64,000 bases of DNA, taken from contig OX597815.1 of NCBI GenBank assembly GCA_951406725.2, positions 79,422,001-79,486,000 of the forward strand. Reading direction: 5' to 3'. Positions 24,151 to 39,689 of this stretch are shown piece after piece (position 1 is the first letter of the stretch; each line of letters opens with the position of its first letter). The position numbers and the translations under genes were made by a program. The notes below the pieces were generated by a model. The model made no database searches and was not told where the DNA came from. It saw only the letters and a list, made by a program, of their open reading frames with translations. This stretch comes from Octopus vulgaris. Taxonomy: Eukaryota.

Positions 24151-27100
24151 AGTTTTTTTATTACACAATTTATGGATAATAGTATTATTGGTTACAAAGG
24201 TACTAATCCCTGATTCCAATGAGCCAATGGCTGGTTCTCAGCATATCTTACAGTGAAAGCAACAAGGGGGGCATCTGTAACTCAGTACTGATTTGTCAAT
24301 GTTTACATTTTTTACTGATATCTATTGACAAAGTATATATACATATATTGCATATACATGGCATGCTTCTGCACAGTTTCCATCAACCAAATTCTACTCA
24401 CAAGTTACTGATCAGCTCATGGTTATAGCAGAAGGTACATGTCCAATTTGCTATGCAATGGGATCTAACCTGGAAGCATTCAGTCATGAAGTGAGCCACT
24501 AAACCACATGACCATACTTATACCCATATGTGTTTAAAACTCCAGGTTTGTAGAAAGTTAGCAGTTAAACAAGACTAAAGAAGAAGCTTAGACTTTTGTA
24601 TGTAGTTTTGGCAATGTTGTATACGAGAGGATTCCATATATAGTCAACAGGTTCAGAAAATAGAAAATAGATTATTCAAGATTACAAATGACATTTTCTG
24701 TATCTCTTTAAAATGGAACAAACATATATATGGATGTGTTTCATTAAGTTTGCTTAAAGAATACTTTATTTTTCTTGTCTCAGTTCTTCTAACTGTCAGA
24801 AATGGATGACAAATATGCAGTAGAGTAACATCCTATCCAAGGAGAGATTTATCTCTCATCAACTTGAAATATCATGAAACAGGAGTTAAGCATTGGCCCT
24901 TAAATGCCTAGGATTAGTAGTCGTTAATACTTTTTACAATTTTACACTAGTAAATGCAATTACCCTTTTCTTAAATATGCAAAGTCAAATTAATATTTAT
25001 TTCCATTTGTCCTGATTTTAAATTTCTTGTGAAATATTTCTAAGCAGTTAATATCTTTTCATTCTCTTTTCAGATCTCTCTCCCTTCCTCACATATTTTC
25101 TCAGCCCTTTGAGACCTTTTAATTTAGATGTTGCATTTAAAAATAAATAAATAAGATATCCTATGTTGTCATGCTACATAACTTTAATACTGTTGTATTC
25201 TACTGAGAGAATGTCACTTATCTGTGAAAGTTTGTTTAAAATTAGTAGTTTGATGATTTTTGTGGCTGAGAGCCAAGACAAAAACACCTGACCTCAGCTG
25301 TAATCAGACAAAAGTTCTAATCCCTTAGGACTGTCTGATACATTATTTTTAGATGCAAATGTTCACTTGTAAAATTATTTTGTTTGAAACAAAAAAGAAA
25401 AAAACAAATGAATTCAAACCCAGTTTGAAAAGTTTGAAATACTAGATTTTTAAAATTGTTTTTGTGCAAAGAAATTCACTAATTAAATTACCTCACACCA
25501 GTTGGTTATAACTGAACTGTTTACCATCACAAGATATCATTAAAAAAATAAGGTAGCTGGCTCTAGACTAGTAATTTAAATACCTTTGTTCTTTATGATA
25601 CCATCAAGCTAGATAGGACAGGGACAAAACATGTTTCTATATCCAAAATATTTTATGTAAAATTTAAAATTCTAACTCTAGTTTCATAATTGGAAGCAGA
25701 TGACAATATTCCAACAGCTATATGAACTGAAGTAGCATATTTCCTGGCATACAAGTTAATGTAGTACGAACATCTTCCCTATCTTTATAAATACTACTGC
25801 ATTTCACTTGGAATTTTTGGTCCTCCAAAGTCATATTGTTGTATAAGTCGACCTACCTCTTCTTTTTTTTTTTGCTGTAAATCTTTATCTGAAAAGTTTG
25901 ACTTGTATGTGAGAAAATACAGCATTTTGTTTTCCTGGCCAGCATCAAAAAGAAAATTCTTGAACTGATTTGAACTCACTATTTATGGGTAGGTAGCCCC
26001 AAAAGCTTATACATTCAGCCATCTCACTTCTACAGCCAAAAGATTGGCATGAAATTGCCAACATATTTCAATATCTGCCCCACAGATGTGATGTTTACTC
26101 TCTGTTCCATACAACAATGGCTTCTGTTCCTCAGAACTAGTTAGTCTCATACCACAAACAGGCACTTCTGACCCTTTCCTCTTCTCATGACTTATATTAT
26201 GTCCCCCACCACCAATACCTCACATTAACTACTGTGTCCAGTCTTTCCTCTCCAGAACATCTCTCCTTGCACTTCTCCCCCCACTTCCTATGAGAGCAAC
26301 AGTAATCCTGTCAATCTCACTATACACAAAACCCTTACCTCCAGTTAAAAAAAATAAAACAGTAAAATTTAAAGTAGAAATAAAAAATCAAAATAGCAGC
26401 AACATCTATTATGAAACAAAGTAATGAAGCTGTTTGTCCCATTTCTATGTTATTTACTTATTCAGATTTACATTCCCCTATTTTTGTTAATTTTATTTAT
26501 CGTTTATTGTATTTTACTTATTTATTTATCTTTTATTATATTTTATTTATTTATTTATTTGCTTACTTTTACTATAGTATTCACTAAAACTTCCATGGAG
26601 AGTGACTGGGACAATACACTGAAGAATTAACTCAGTGAGTCAACTTCCAAACATTTCATTTGCTTCCTCAAAATTGTAGGCTTGCTCCAGCAGATCAGAG
26701 TTACTCAACTATAACAATAGCAACAACAGTGAGGAAGTTGGAAATAATTTTAGTAGTATTTAGGGTTAAATACTACTAATTTTCAGTAGATTACTTGTTA
26801 TAACAGCTAGATTTAAAAAGAAAAGCTAACCATTACAATATCACCTCAAATAATTAGGCTGATTAGAACGAGTGTGAAGACAATTTTTTTTAAGAGCTGA
26901 ATATATTCTTTCCTACTCAATAAACAGTCAGGCTGTAAAAAGTGTACGAGTCCTGTTTTCAGGTACTCAAGCTTTGTTTTTCTCATTCTCATTAATCCTT
27001 TTGATATTAATTTGCCTAAGATAGCCTCTAAAACCTTCCATAAGTTTATGTATGAACCTTTAGCTATGTTTCAAACATCAGCATAATAATGAAAAGCTTA

Positions 27101-30100
27101 GTTATTTTATGAGATCCATCCAAATTCTTAATTAATTTCAAAATTAATTGAAATACACAAACAATGCATTTCCTTAGATAAATGACAACAAAAGAATAAA
27201 GACCACTGGGTTGATCTATTGGCTCATCATTTTTTGTTGTGAACCAATCACTTCAAGACTATATTCTTTGCTGAGGAAGCAACAGTATGCTTCATTTCAA
27301 AACAGAAAATTTTAGTAGCAATAATGATATAAAAACAATTATTTATCATTTCTAGTATGGTTGCAGGTTTTCTAGCTGTTTTTACATCTGCTCCCATTGA
27401 CAGGTAGATAAAATAAATAATGATCAATCGAATTTATGATACAAAGTAACCCTAGTAACCAGATAAAAAGTGTATTCAAATAAATGAGAGATAGAGTGAT
27501 GAAAGCTATTACAACGCTGAATTGACCTCAAGAAGTCTGCCTCACAATCACATGGTTCCACATTTGAATTCACTATGGGTATATGGTGACTTCAATTGAA
27601 TAAAACTGGTTAGACAGAAACTATGTTGAAGTTCATCAGATTATGTGTATTTTTTGTTTTTTTGTTTTCAGAAAAGCAGGAAAACTTAATATGCCAACTG
27701 CTACCAGGTCTTCACATGTCTTTAGTAGAGTTCATTTGGTTATAAGTATTTGAGGCTACTATCTGGTTCTTATGTAGTGTGGTTTGAGAAGTCTATTATG
27801 AGAAGTCTGACAATAGGTAATGTGATATCTACATGTGTCACTTCATTCTGCAGCAACTCAAGCCATGGTTTCTCCTCCCCTTCTCTTACCAGACTTGGAG
27901 GCTTGGTTAATGGTTATAAGCACTGCCCTTTATCCTCTGACTAAGGAATTAAAATTTGTGAAATAAAAGCTTTAATATGAAAATTAATTCCTTTTACTTT
28001 TAATCTTTTTTTTTGTTCTTGTTTTTCCTTTTCATGATGTGAGCTTAACAAAGCTAAAATACTGAATAATAATTTATCTCTACATTCAGCATTGCAATGG
28101 TTTCTAACGCTTCTTTCCATAAGAATACTTCAAATAATCTGCAAGACCATGATTCATTATCCTCTCAACCACAACAACTTCTAGCAATGAAATTAGTATA
28201 CTAACATGCCATACATAGAAGGAACATATTGACTGTAACAATTGGATTATAACTCAAGAATTTGAAATAGGATCATTGGTCTATCACCTTCACCTCACAG
28301 CTACTGTTCTCCATGTTAAATTTTTGATACTTTTTTTTAAAATTTCAATCCCAGTTGATTCTTGTAAAAGATTTTTACAGCTCTTCTTTCTCTTATAACA
28401 TGGAAAAATACTGGTTATAAAATCTTGTGCAGAAATCAACTCTAATTAGAATATATAAAAAAAACAAAAACATCCGCAAATTACAAACCAATTCCATAGC
28501 AATATTCATAATTTAATGAAACATAGTAATATCAAGGAGCTGGACTACTAGCCTCATAGAATTGAGCTCAAAATTTATTAGTGTATCTTAGCAACTGTAT
28601 TCAGTTTCCAAGGAGAAGCCCATAATAACATTGCTTCCATTAGTCAGTGTGACTGACATACAGGTTCAACTGTTCCTTTCATATATAAGTGATTAACAGT
28701 GATAAGAGCATACAAGTGGAAAAACAAATTGGTCCAACAGATATGCAAACTATCTCTACTAAAAACAAACAAAAAAAACACAGAGAAAAACTATTCCCCA
28801 CCAATCTAAATGAAACAAATAGATGCTAGAAGCAAAACAGTAATCATGCAGCAAAACAGTAGTTTAATTGACTAAATATCCGATAAATACATTTTTTTTC
28901 TTTTTGCTGGATCATAGCAAGGGAAATATAAACATAACTAATGTTTTATTACATTTGGTTGAATTAGTGTCAAGATCAAACAGAATAAAAGAAAAAAATG
29001 TAAATAATTGTATTTGCTGCAGTAATTATTTCAAATCATCTATCTTGTGCTTCTCTATTCTAAGCTATTTTATTTTATTCTGTTTTCAATTGCAAGCAAA
29101 ATCTATTTATGCCTGCATTAGTTCAGTTTAAATAAATCCATTATTGAAGCGCTTCCATCAATAGCTGAAATATCCATCCATAATTACTTTACAAACTTCA
29201 TGTACATACACATACATCTATGCATTTACACACACACATGCACACCATACATGTGTACATATGTAAATTCATTTTAAGTTTTACTAAACTGGGATAGTTA
29301 GATAAGTTTAATACAGTTAATATTTAAATTGAATCATTGCAGATTTAATATTAAAGAAAGAAGATATTAGATTGGCAGAGAACAATGTTATGGTAGACTA
29401 AATGCTTTAAATTGTTATCTTCCCTCAAACTTTTGATTTCAAATAATACCGATTACCAAGAATGATCTTGCCTGAATAAGTACTTGTCATATAAGTTGAG
29501 TTACTTCAACTGACAATCCCTTTCTTGCAAACTCTTATGTGCACAAAAATATCCATACAGCTACACACACACACACACACACAACAACAACAACAACAAA
29601 TGCACACTGATAACCTAAAAGAAAAAAAGTAGGCTAGATTTTACTAAACTGGGATAGATTAGTAAGTTCCATGCTGTCAATATTTAATTTGAATTGCACA
29701 CATTTTAAAAGCTCACATATGGACATTTAATATTTAGAAAAGAACATTGGCAAGGGTTAAGTTCTAAATGGATATAGTCTTAGGGGTGGAGGAAATGGAT
29801 AGTGAATGGTACAAAATCAAAAGGAAAGTACTACAAAGAAGATAAGCAAGAGCATTAAAAGGACTTGAATAAGAAAAGCAAAGAATGGTATTAAATTTAG
29901 AAAAGAAGTGGTAATTGTAATTACTGCATTAGAAAAAGAGAGGAAATGGGGGATATTTGCTTTTTAAGCAAATGAATTTGTTTTTGTCTCCATAATGCAC
30001 TAGTCTGATATGAAAGCAAATATGCTGAGTTTAACAAAAAATATTCTATAGTGTGGTATATCTGTGTCAGAAGAGTATACTTGTAGAAGGAAAGATAAAT

Positions 30101-33100
30101 GACATTTGATCCAAGTAAACACTAAAATGCTGAGGTAGCTAACTAAAATAAAGATATTGGGTAATGTATTTAATCTAAAACTGGATTAATGGTATGAGAG
30201 ATACAAAAGATATGTATCAGAAGAGGATATAAAATTTACAGATAAATAGAAAGTAGTGTGCAGGCAGGGCTGAAATTGGAAAGATGACAGATATTTAAAT
30301 AAAGAAAGAGCAAGAAGACAGCAGAAAATGCTTTCTTTCTTATAACTGTATTTGAAATCACGATTTGTTTTTTTTAATTGAAACTGAAGTTGAAAATTAT
30401 GACAAGTTTCCTAGCTATAAGAATAACAATTAGGTAATATTTAAATTTTTTTTAAGAAAGTGGAGCACATCATGAATGGCAAGAAACAGATTTTTTTTTT
30501 ATGTATCAAATAGTTTTGGCTAGCCAGTAAATTCTGCTTGTGTATAGAAATTTCAAACAGGTTGCTGATCAAATGATGAGGAACATTCCATACTTCAAAA
30601 ACCACAGATATTTAAATATGAAAATTTCCAGTATTATAGGTTTTGTGGCAAATATTTCCTTATCATCAATATCTTAGTCATGGTCAACCAGTTAACCATG
30701 TTTGCGATCCTTAAATTCAAGAATTAAAGCATCTAGTTTTCATTTTAGCAGGGCATTTACTGGAGAACATTGGCTGCTACATTAAACAGACTGAGCAATT
30801 GTATAGAAGTTTCTTCATTACTTAAGCAACAAACAGTTGTTGTTTGGTCCAAGTCCAACTATAAATGAATACACCTAAAGTCAAAAGCATTTCAGTCTTA
30901 ACCATCTAACTTTTGGTATATCATGAAAACATTGGTCAATGGATTTTTACTTAAGATTGTAGAGTATGATTTGAAGGAAAATTGGCTGCTATTTCTTGCA
31001 GGATAACATAGAGGCTCTTTTGAAGTTAAAGCAGAGCCTAATCAATAAATGAAAAATGAACAGAGAATGTTTTAGTAACAACACAGTTGAACTATAAAAA
31101 CAGACAATGATTATGCTCACATTTTAACACCAGATATACAGCAGGATGATAAGTTAATTGAAATATCAACTAAGTGATAAATCTTACACAATTTTGGATG
31201 AGAGAACAAACAAAAAAAGTTTGAGTTATTCTGGACTTTCCTCAAAAGCATATGCAGTGTAAAGGAAATATAACTGATTCAGTAGGAACTGATACTGAGT
31301 TGTGGGCTTAACTTGAGAACTTACTACCACAGATGACAATAAAAACAACAACATATTTGTAGCAATTGTAAAGTAATTTCAACCAATTTATTTATTTCTC
31401 CACCTTACACCTTTTCTTAAAAAGGAACATATATTCTAGCTTCTTTCACTGGTTTCAGGCACTGGACTTTGTTCAATCTGAGGAACAAATTTCTAGAGTA
31501 TAGTTGATAACATCAACTTTGCTCCTGCCTCAGTATTAATTTTAGCAACCATGAGAGAATAAAGACAAAATGGACAAAGATGGAATTTTAAATTCAGAAC
31601 ATAAAGGGGATTAGCTAAATACCGATTCTGCTAGCCACCCTCCATTTTAACAACAATCTCCAATGATCGTTTATAATATTATTAATATAAATTATGGTAG
31701 AGTTTACTTATTGCGATGGCCAGTCAAGATTGTCATGTTTAAAATGTTTATTTGTAATAAGGTAGGAATGTGGAGGAAATGAAAGGTTTTAAAAGTAAAA
31801 GTTCTAAAAAAGAATTAAGAAAGGGTGTCACAGAACTTGTGGATGATACAACTGAAAGAAAAACAGTTGAAGAATGCAGGAGCAGAACAGGGTGTCTAGA
31901 GGTATTAGGAGCGATAGTATTATTGAAAAAAAAAATAAAGCCTCACTCTATAAAAGGGAAATTGCAGGACGATGTTGCATAATATTTAAGTTAGATGTGT
32001 AATACATGGAAGAAAATTCTAAGCAGTAGGAGAGGAAATTTTGAAATGATTGGAATGGAAACTATGATTTTATATATGTTTAGAGACAAAGAGAGAATGG
32101 GATGTTAGAAGCATTTGTTGGAGTATCTAAGAAAATCACTGTGCTGGTATTAATTAATATCACAAGCATGGAAAATGATAGTTGGATGAAAATTAAAAAA
32201 GAAACCCTCACTCATTGTTGCAAATGATAGGGAAGATGTAATAGCTTCCAGATTTATATATTTTGTTTGTTTAAAACAAAATCAACAAAAGTAAAAAGAT
32301 AAAAGTGTAGTATGTAGGAGCGGTGTGGAAAATGCTGAGCATAATTGAAAATTAATTAATAATTACAATAGGAAAATAATTTCAAATAGGATTTCTAAGA
32401 GCAGAAACCAAAGCAAGTTTTTATTTGTTTCAATTTTTACTGTGTTTATTTTCTATTTTTAGTTTTTCCTATCTGCATGAAAGAGTCATATTATAAATTC
32501 GTACAGTTGCACATGCATTATAAGAGCAAGTATTCCATTTTTTCATTACTAGATAGATGGATGCCTTTTCTCTATACTTAACCACTCAAGCAAGAAGTAA
32601 ACAGAGCTAACTTTGCTGTAAGTTCTATTACAGTAGCAAGCAAAAAGGCATAGTACAATGGTTGCTTGAAGATTAGAACTCATATTTTGAAGCTGATTGG
32701 TCAGCAGAACGAATCTCACAGTCACTAACGACTTTTGAAAATAAAATTAGCAAACTGATCTTAAAATTATTTGAGCAAATTATTTCTTGTTTTTCTAGGA
32801 AAGGTGCGTTATTCCACATAACCTTAATGTACCTAGTTGATAAAAGTTGAACCACTGAAACTCATATTTAGTGTATGTGTGTGCACATAAATATATTCAT
32901 TTAAAAAAATTTTTTTTTTATTAAAGGCAAAATGGTAAGGGACAAACACAAAGATGCACACACACACATATGATAGGCTTTAACACAGTTTCCATCTGGC
33001 AAGTTCACTCACAAGGCAATTGTTGGTCCAGTGCTAAAGTAGAAGACACTTATTTAAGGAGCTGCATAGTGGGACTGAACCTAAAACCACATGATTGCAA

Positions 33101-34139
33101 AGCTCGTTAATCATAAGCAAATTATTTAACACTACATTGCTTCAGTTTATTTAGGATGAGAACAGCTACAAGGCCTTTGGGAAAGTTACTCTTGACTGAC
33201 TAGCATCCTTTCTAGTGGGCTATGATATAGAGAAAACACTTTGGCTAATTTTGACCCAAGATAAAGATTAACACTAACAATCTAACACAAGAAACATCCC
33301 TGTTTAACACAGCTTTAGAAAAGAAACACTGCTTTCCTGTGAAGGTCTGTTGTCTTTGTAGCAGGGATTTGAAACTAAATTCTTGGATATGTGGTTAGAC
33401 ATCATGAGCAAACCATCATAGTATCACATGATTGGTCTATTAACCAACCAATCAGTGTGAAATGATGGTATGGCCAGTTTTTCTCAAATATTCTAGAATT
33501 TGACTTCTGGTTTCCTACAAAATGCATTTTTACCAGTCAGACAACCCAGGAAGATGGCTAAAACAGGTGGCACAGATAGATGACAAGAACTTCTATCATC
33601 TCAAATATAACACTGGACCAGCCACATGTTGCACTAAACTCCAAGCAATATCTTTCTCCCAGTAAGTAATTATTATTGTTGTTATCTGTAAAAGACCAAT
33701 GCAGTTTGTATTTATGCATGGTAATAAAATCCTTTGTTAAATGTCCGCTGGTGTTGTTGAGTTATATCTACACACAGCACAACAAACATATTTTCATTCA
33801 TCACCACACCCAGTCATCACTACAGACCAGCCCACAACCTACAGACCATGACACTTTCATGTTTCAGTTACACCTCAAGCCTATGAGTTTATAATTAATA
33901 AGTGGGATTTTTTTGTCTTTCGTTTTTTTTATTAGTTTATTACAAGTTTCCAATAGTTTGTTTTTTTGTTTTTACATTTGGTTACAGGTTCCCACTAATT
34001 TTGATAGCATGAACCAACAATTGACTTGCTGGAAACATAACCAACAATATTATTATTCACCAATTTTGTGATATAATATAGATAAATAAATAAATAAGTG
34101 AAATTAGTGAACATCTTGTAAGTCCGGATGAATTCTCAC

Positions 34140-35490
34140 TTAGTAGACTTTCTAGTGACCCTTAGTAGTTATTTCTATCTAAAGCATTACATTTACCTTC
34201 GTAGCAGTTGACTATGGTGCTGCTACACCAGTCATTGGGTAGGACTCCATCATGAACTACTTGATTTACAATGCGGGTGACAAGACCATAACCCACACCA
34301 CCCAATATTTTAAGCATTTCAGTGGTGATTCCTGATGAGCCAGGTGCTTTCCCTGTCTTCACATCCTTAGTTGCTTTATCTACCAGAGTACTGTCGATTC
34401 GAGTAGCTAGTCCCTCAATTGGGTCAACCTTTGACAGACTCTCCTCTGCCCATTCATTCCCCACATTCAGCTGTGTTTCATAATGGCATCTCCAAGCCAC
34501 TTTCTTTGCAGAATCATTAAATGCAAGAGCACCATCATAAATGTGGACACATTTCTCTTCTATGATATCACAGTTTTCTCGCAAACACTGTCTTGCAATC
34601 CGAAATACTCCAGTTCTTTGGTCCTTACATTGCTGAACGTTGACAAACTTCTTTTCTGCTTCTCCCTTGGCTATATATACCTGTCTCCTAGCTTTCCTTT
34701 TTGCTATCTGATACATTCTCCTGCTACCTCCACCCTTCCAGGCCTTCCAAGCCTGTTTCTTTGCTCTAATGGCCCTGTCTACAGTACTGTTCCACTACCA
34801 TGTTACCCTAGGTATAGAGGGACTTTGTACCAGCCACAGATTTGATCCATGGCACTCAGCAAGCTGTCTTGCAAGAATTCCCAGTTGCCTTCCTATATCA
34901 CAGGACTGTAGCTTCTCCTATCTATCATCAAATTTCTCGGTAAAGAATCCCTAAATCTCTGACCATGTGAAAGGTTCTTAAGCTTCCAAGTCCTTGTTTT
35001 CCAGATTGGTCTGTTTATCGGCATCCTTCTGCCCTCGAGTCTAAAGTCATTAATAACTAGTTTATGCTGGAGGATACATTCTTCACCAGGGAGGGTCTTT
35101 GTATTTAAGAGCAACTATGCATCCTGCTGTCTGGTGAGAATGAAATCAATCTGGCTAGCAGAGTCACCTGATTGGTAGGTTATCAGGTGGCTAGCTGGCT
35201 TCTTGAAGTTGGTGTTGCAGATCAATAGTTTGCTTGTATTGCAGAACTCCAGGAGCCTAGTTCCTCTTCATTTCTGGTACCAACTCCATGGCCCCTATGT
35301 ACACCATGGAAGATACCAGGTTGCTGTCCAACATGCCCGTTAAAATCTCCAGCCACAAAGATGAGATCATTGTCACACATCTTTGAGGTAGCCTACAGAA
35401 GAATATCATACAAGTGATCCATCTGTTCATTTGGTAGTCCCACTTGTGGGGCATAGGCAGAGATAATTGCAGCTATACTATTCTGCAAGA
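34140..35490 (-). mobile_element. Decayed RTE LINE: APE endonuclease C-half through pre-RT region
   Basis: ORF 34162-34716 (KTGKAPGSSGITTEMLK...LPNDWCSSTIVNCYEGKCNALDRNNY). Upstream frames give SAYAPQVG, VAGDFNGHVG, ICNTNFKK, SQIDFIL and QHKLVINDF. Confidence 0.88.
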
Positions 35491-38400
35491 CAGCTATACC
35501 ATTCTGCAAGACAATTTATATTTATAAAATCATATTTATAAAGTTTCAATAAAACCAGGTACTGTTGTAACACATACCTAAGAAATTTTCTTTGTTAACC
35601 TTTATGTGGATGTTTGCCTTGTCTTGGACCCTCTACCTGATGGAATTGAAGGGAATTGTTATGGTGTGTCTTGGGCATTTTTAGACCTGGCATCCCTCTC
35701 CAGGAGTGATTGCAGTTGATTTATTTCAGAAGAGAGAAAGACATATAGACAGAATGATAGAGTGAGAGAAAGAGAAGAACCAACACCAGTACAGCACTGT
35801 TACTTCTGTTTATCAACCCTGAAAGGATGAAAGGCACGGGATGACTTCAGCATAATTTGACCTCAGAGTGCAAAGAATTGGAACAATTACCACAAAGCAA
35901 ACTATCTGATCTTCAAACAACTCTGTCAGCCATCTGCCTCATGAGTATATACAGTAATAGCAATTATGTGAAGAGTTTGTAGTCCTAGCTAGGCAAAAAT
36001 TCCTCAGAAATAATAGAAACCAAATTTTTAGTTTTCTACATATGTGCATGCTAGTGCATTTCTACATAAGTGCACACACACAAACATAAATGTGAATGAG
36101 TATGCGCGTATGTGTGCATATATACGAGAGAGAGAGTGTGTTTGTGCATATGGGTTTATAATTGATATTTTCTTTTATTCTCATATTACAAGAATGTTAT
36201 CAATATTTCTTCAGTTTTGGCTATGTACTATATTCAATAGCCAAAAACTGAACAAGGCCAATAAACCTGATACCACTTCTCTCCATAGATGATGTAATTC
36301 ATTTGACCTCAAAGCAATTTATTGAAATACTTATTCGCCTGATAAATTTGTTGCTGTATTACATTCTAACAACATGTATTTTATTTGCATAAACTGAGAT
36401 TCCCCTCCAACATTGAGGTTGAGTAATGTTTTAAGTTTCCTTCTCCTTTCCTTCATACTTCTACTTAATTGTCATAATGATTTATTATTAGATCAGCATA
36501 GAGTTAATTGTTCAAATGATTAGACAAACATCCACAAGCACATTACTAATAGTTATTTTATTGATGAATGAAACTTCAAATGGTACTGTACTCCAGTCTA
36601 TGTATTGCTTCCTTGTCCATCACATCCACAGTAGGGATTCAGGTATACTGATTGTATCTACTTATTACACGCCTGGCGTATAACTGTTATTACATGAATT
36701 TACCTAGCTTTAAGTAGATTGCTGCATTATAAAATTAACCACTGTGGAATTGCTTGATTAGTGCAATAATCAGCTTAATCCTTCATGTAGTAAACACTAT
36801 CATCATACTATCCAGGGATAAATGTATATCAACAGTTTAATGCTACAAAAACTGGAAACAAGCACTGGATCTACAAATCCTTGCAATTTGGCAAAAGATA
36901 AGCAAAGATGTTTTGACATGAAACATTAAAAGATTTCAATATTGACATTGATAAAAATAAAATCAGAGTAGAATCTGACTTGATTAGTGAAAAGGACAAT
37001 ATTTTAGGATTCTAAGAGCACCAGCTTCAAAAAGTGATATGATAGAATTGTTTTTTACTGAGTGGCTTAGTGGTTAGGGTGTTTGGGCTCATAATCATAA
37101 AGTCATAGGTTCAATTTCTGGACTGGTTAACATGTGTCCTTGAGCAAGCTGCTTCATTTCACAATACTCCAGCCTACTCAGCTGAAAATGAGTACCAGCT
37201 AACTACTGGCACAGATCTCTCTCCCTCCAGCTGTCACATCTTTCATGTTTTTGGCAGATTGAGAGGGAATCTAGTTTTCTTGCAAACACATAGGCACAAA
37301 CTACCAAGTCATACTCGCATGTGAATAATAGCTAAGCTTTAAGCTTAAGGTGTGTAATCATAAAAGAGGAATTGTCGATGGAAAACAGATTGAAATAGAA
37401 TTGATTGAGGGAAATGGAGCTCCATTTCATGTTAAACTAGTGACATGTCTATTCTACACTGGACATCAAGATCCTAAAACAATTTGCTAGGATGCTAAAT
37501 TATTATTGAATAAATTTGCTAGGATGCAAATTGTCTTCATTAATTGCCCATTTTAAGTGAGGGCCCAAAAAAAACCTAAAACTTTTGTTTGCATGTTTGT
37601 TTATAAAGAAACAAAGCATAATTCAGTCTTAAATATATTTAAAGATATATTATTTGTATTAAGCTTCTGACACAGGGATTATATAGATGTATGTTTAATC
37701 TTTTCTCTATCAACTTCAAAGATTTAGTGTGTGTGTGTGTGTGTGTGTGTGTATAAGCTGCTATTATAAAGCAAATTGATGAGGTTTTGTAATATTTATT
37801 TATCTGACTTTGTTAATATACAGCAGGATGAGAACAAATCCTTATGACATTCCATGACTGACATAATTGTGTTGTTTTAACACTGAACCAAATTATGATG
37901 CAGACATACATATTACTAGTCTTACTTCATATATGACCTAAACCTTGAATAAATTTTTCAAAAAATATATTAAAATGAACAGCATGAAAAACTTTCTAGA
38001 GATCGAAAGAGACACACCATGCAAACTGAACTAATCAAGTTACTTTGATTAAGGAAGAGACAATGCATTGAGAAGAATATACACAAAATCTAAGTTCATA
38101 TATTCGATTTTTTTTCAAAGTATCTCCTTAATATTAGATATGGAACAAAAGCTACTAAAATTAGCAGAAAATTTCAATTTATATATTGTAACATTTTTTT
38201 AGAATTATTAAGACTGACAAGAAAAAAAAAACAGATCCCTTTCTCTATGTCCCTAGAAATTGCAAGATAAAGACACCTGGGGAAAATAAATAAGGTTACT
38301 GCTTAAATTTGAGCAAAGGATTGGAAGAGAAAACTGGTGAATGGAAATAAAGCTATAGGAAGGGAAGTTAAAACTGTAACAAGGTAAAACTTCACAAAAA

Positions 38401-39689
38401 AATATCATGTTTCAATTAAATACCATAAATAATAGATTAATTAGATATTTTAAATTATCTACTAAATGACAATATATGACTTGTACAGAACAAGAACATT
38501 ATTTTATTCAACTTCTTAAATAAAAGAAAAAAATAATAAAATCAGTCATTTATTGAAGGTTTCCAGTGACTTTTTGTCCTGTATTCAGAAAACAAACAGG
38601 AAGTGAGTTTCTGAGAAGTATACTCTGGGAAAAGTGCTTAATGAGTTGGCTGTGGGATGAAATACAGAACAGCTAATTGAAACAGGTGAAACCAGTTGCT
38701 GTTTAGCCTTTTGTCATCTTTGAATGAACAGATCTTTATCAAAGTTATTCCAGCTATGTCCATCCCATGTTTTTCTTCCTTAAACTTTTGTGCATCCAGG
38801 ATTACACCATATTATGTATTTTTCAGATGGTAGGGTAGAAGTTAATGGGGATTTGGCTGCTATTTCTAGAAGGTCAAGGCTCCTTAGTTTGAGATTAATT
38901 TAGTTGGAAGTTAGTGAATTCAGGTGGAATATATCAGCAATATCAGGTGGAATACATCAGCAATATCAGTAGAACAAAACTTTTGTAAATGTCACAGAAG
39001 AGACAAAGAAAGGACAAATTTTATGCTAGTAACAGATTTACATATATAGCTGCATATTTGACAAGATCATATCTAAATTGATCAAATCCATCAATGCTAA
39101 GCATCTCAGACATAGCTTGGTAAAAATGAATTATAGCCAAACCTCTCAGATAATCTTAAACCCAGCAAAAATCCATTACTACCAAGCTTTTTAAAAGAAA
39201 CATTCCATCATTCAAGCTACACTAATCTCATCATTTGAGTGGGGTGAATGGAATTCTTCTGTGAACAGAATGTCACTAAAAGGTCAAAACCTCTCAGGAC
39301 AATTAACTTAACAGAAGCAACCATTCTTCATGCATATTATTCACACATGCCTACACACACAGATTAAACAATTCTCACATGTTATAAAAAGCAAAGTAAA
39401 GCCTTTCTACTAAGTAAAAGTTCAGGTCAGTAATACATGAATTAGCAAAGCAGTAAGCAATTTCTAGTCAAAGATAGCGAGTCAGCTTGCCTTTCAGCCA
39501 ATAACCAGACAGGCAACAAACAGTCACTCATCATTAACAATTCAGCTAACCAACAACTTCCAGAATTTTACTAACTCAACTAGACTCAGCTACAGACTCA
39601 ATTTCATCCAAAATGCTTGACATCCCTACTGAATAAGTAAATCACTGAGGTTATAAATTACTCTGGCACCATCATGCTATTTTGCATGA

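Noticed and set aside
25794-25979. Protein-like 61-aa minus-strand ORF
   Set aside because: No recognisable domain, contains a poly-A run, and has weak splice context.
35571-35595. Recursive splice site candidates on the minus strand (TTCTTAG|GTATGT here; GAG|GTAAGG at ~26338)
   Set aside because: Short polypyrimidine tract or non-YAG acceptor; expected by chance without RNA data.
37411-37428. 18-bp perfect palindrome GAAATGGAGCTCCATTTC
   Set aside because: About one such palindrome is plausible by chance in 64 kb of AT-rich DNA.
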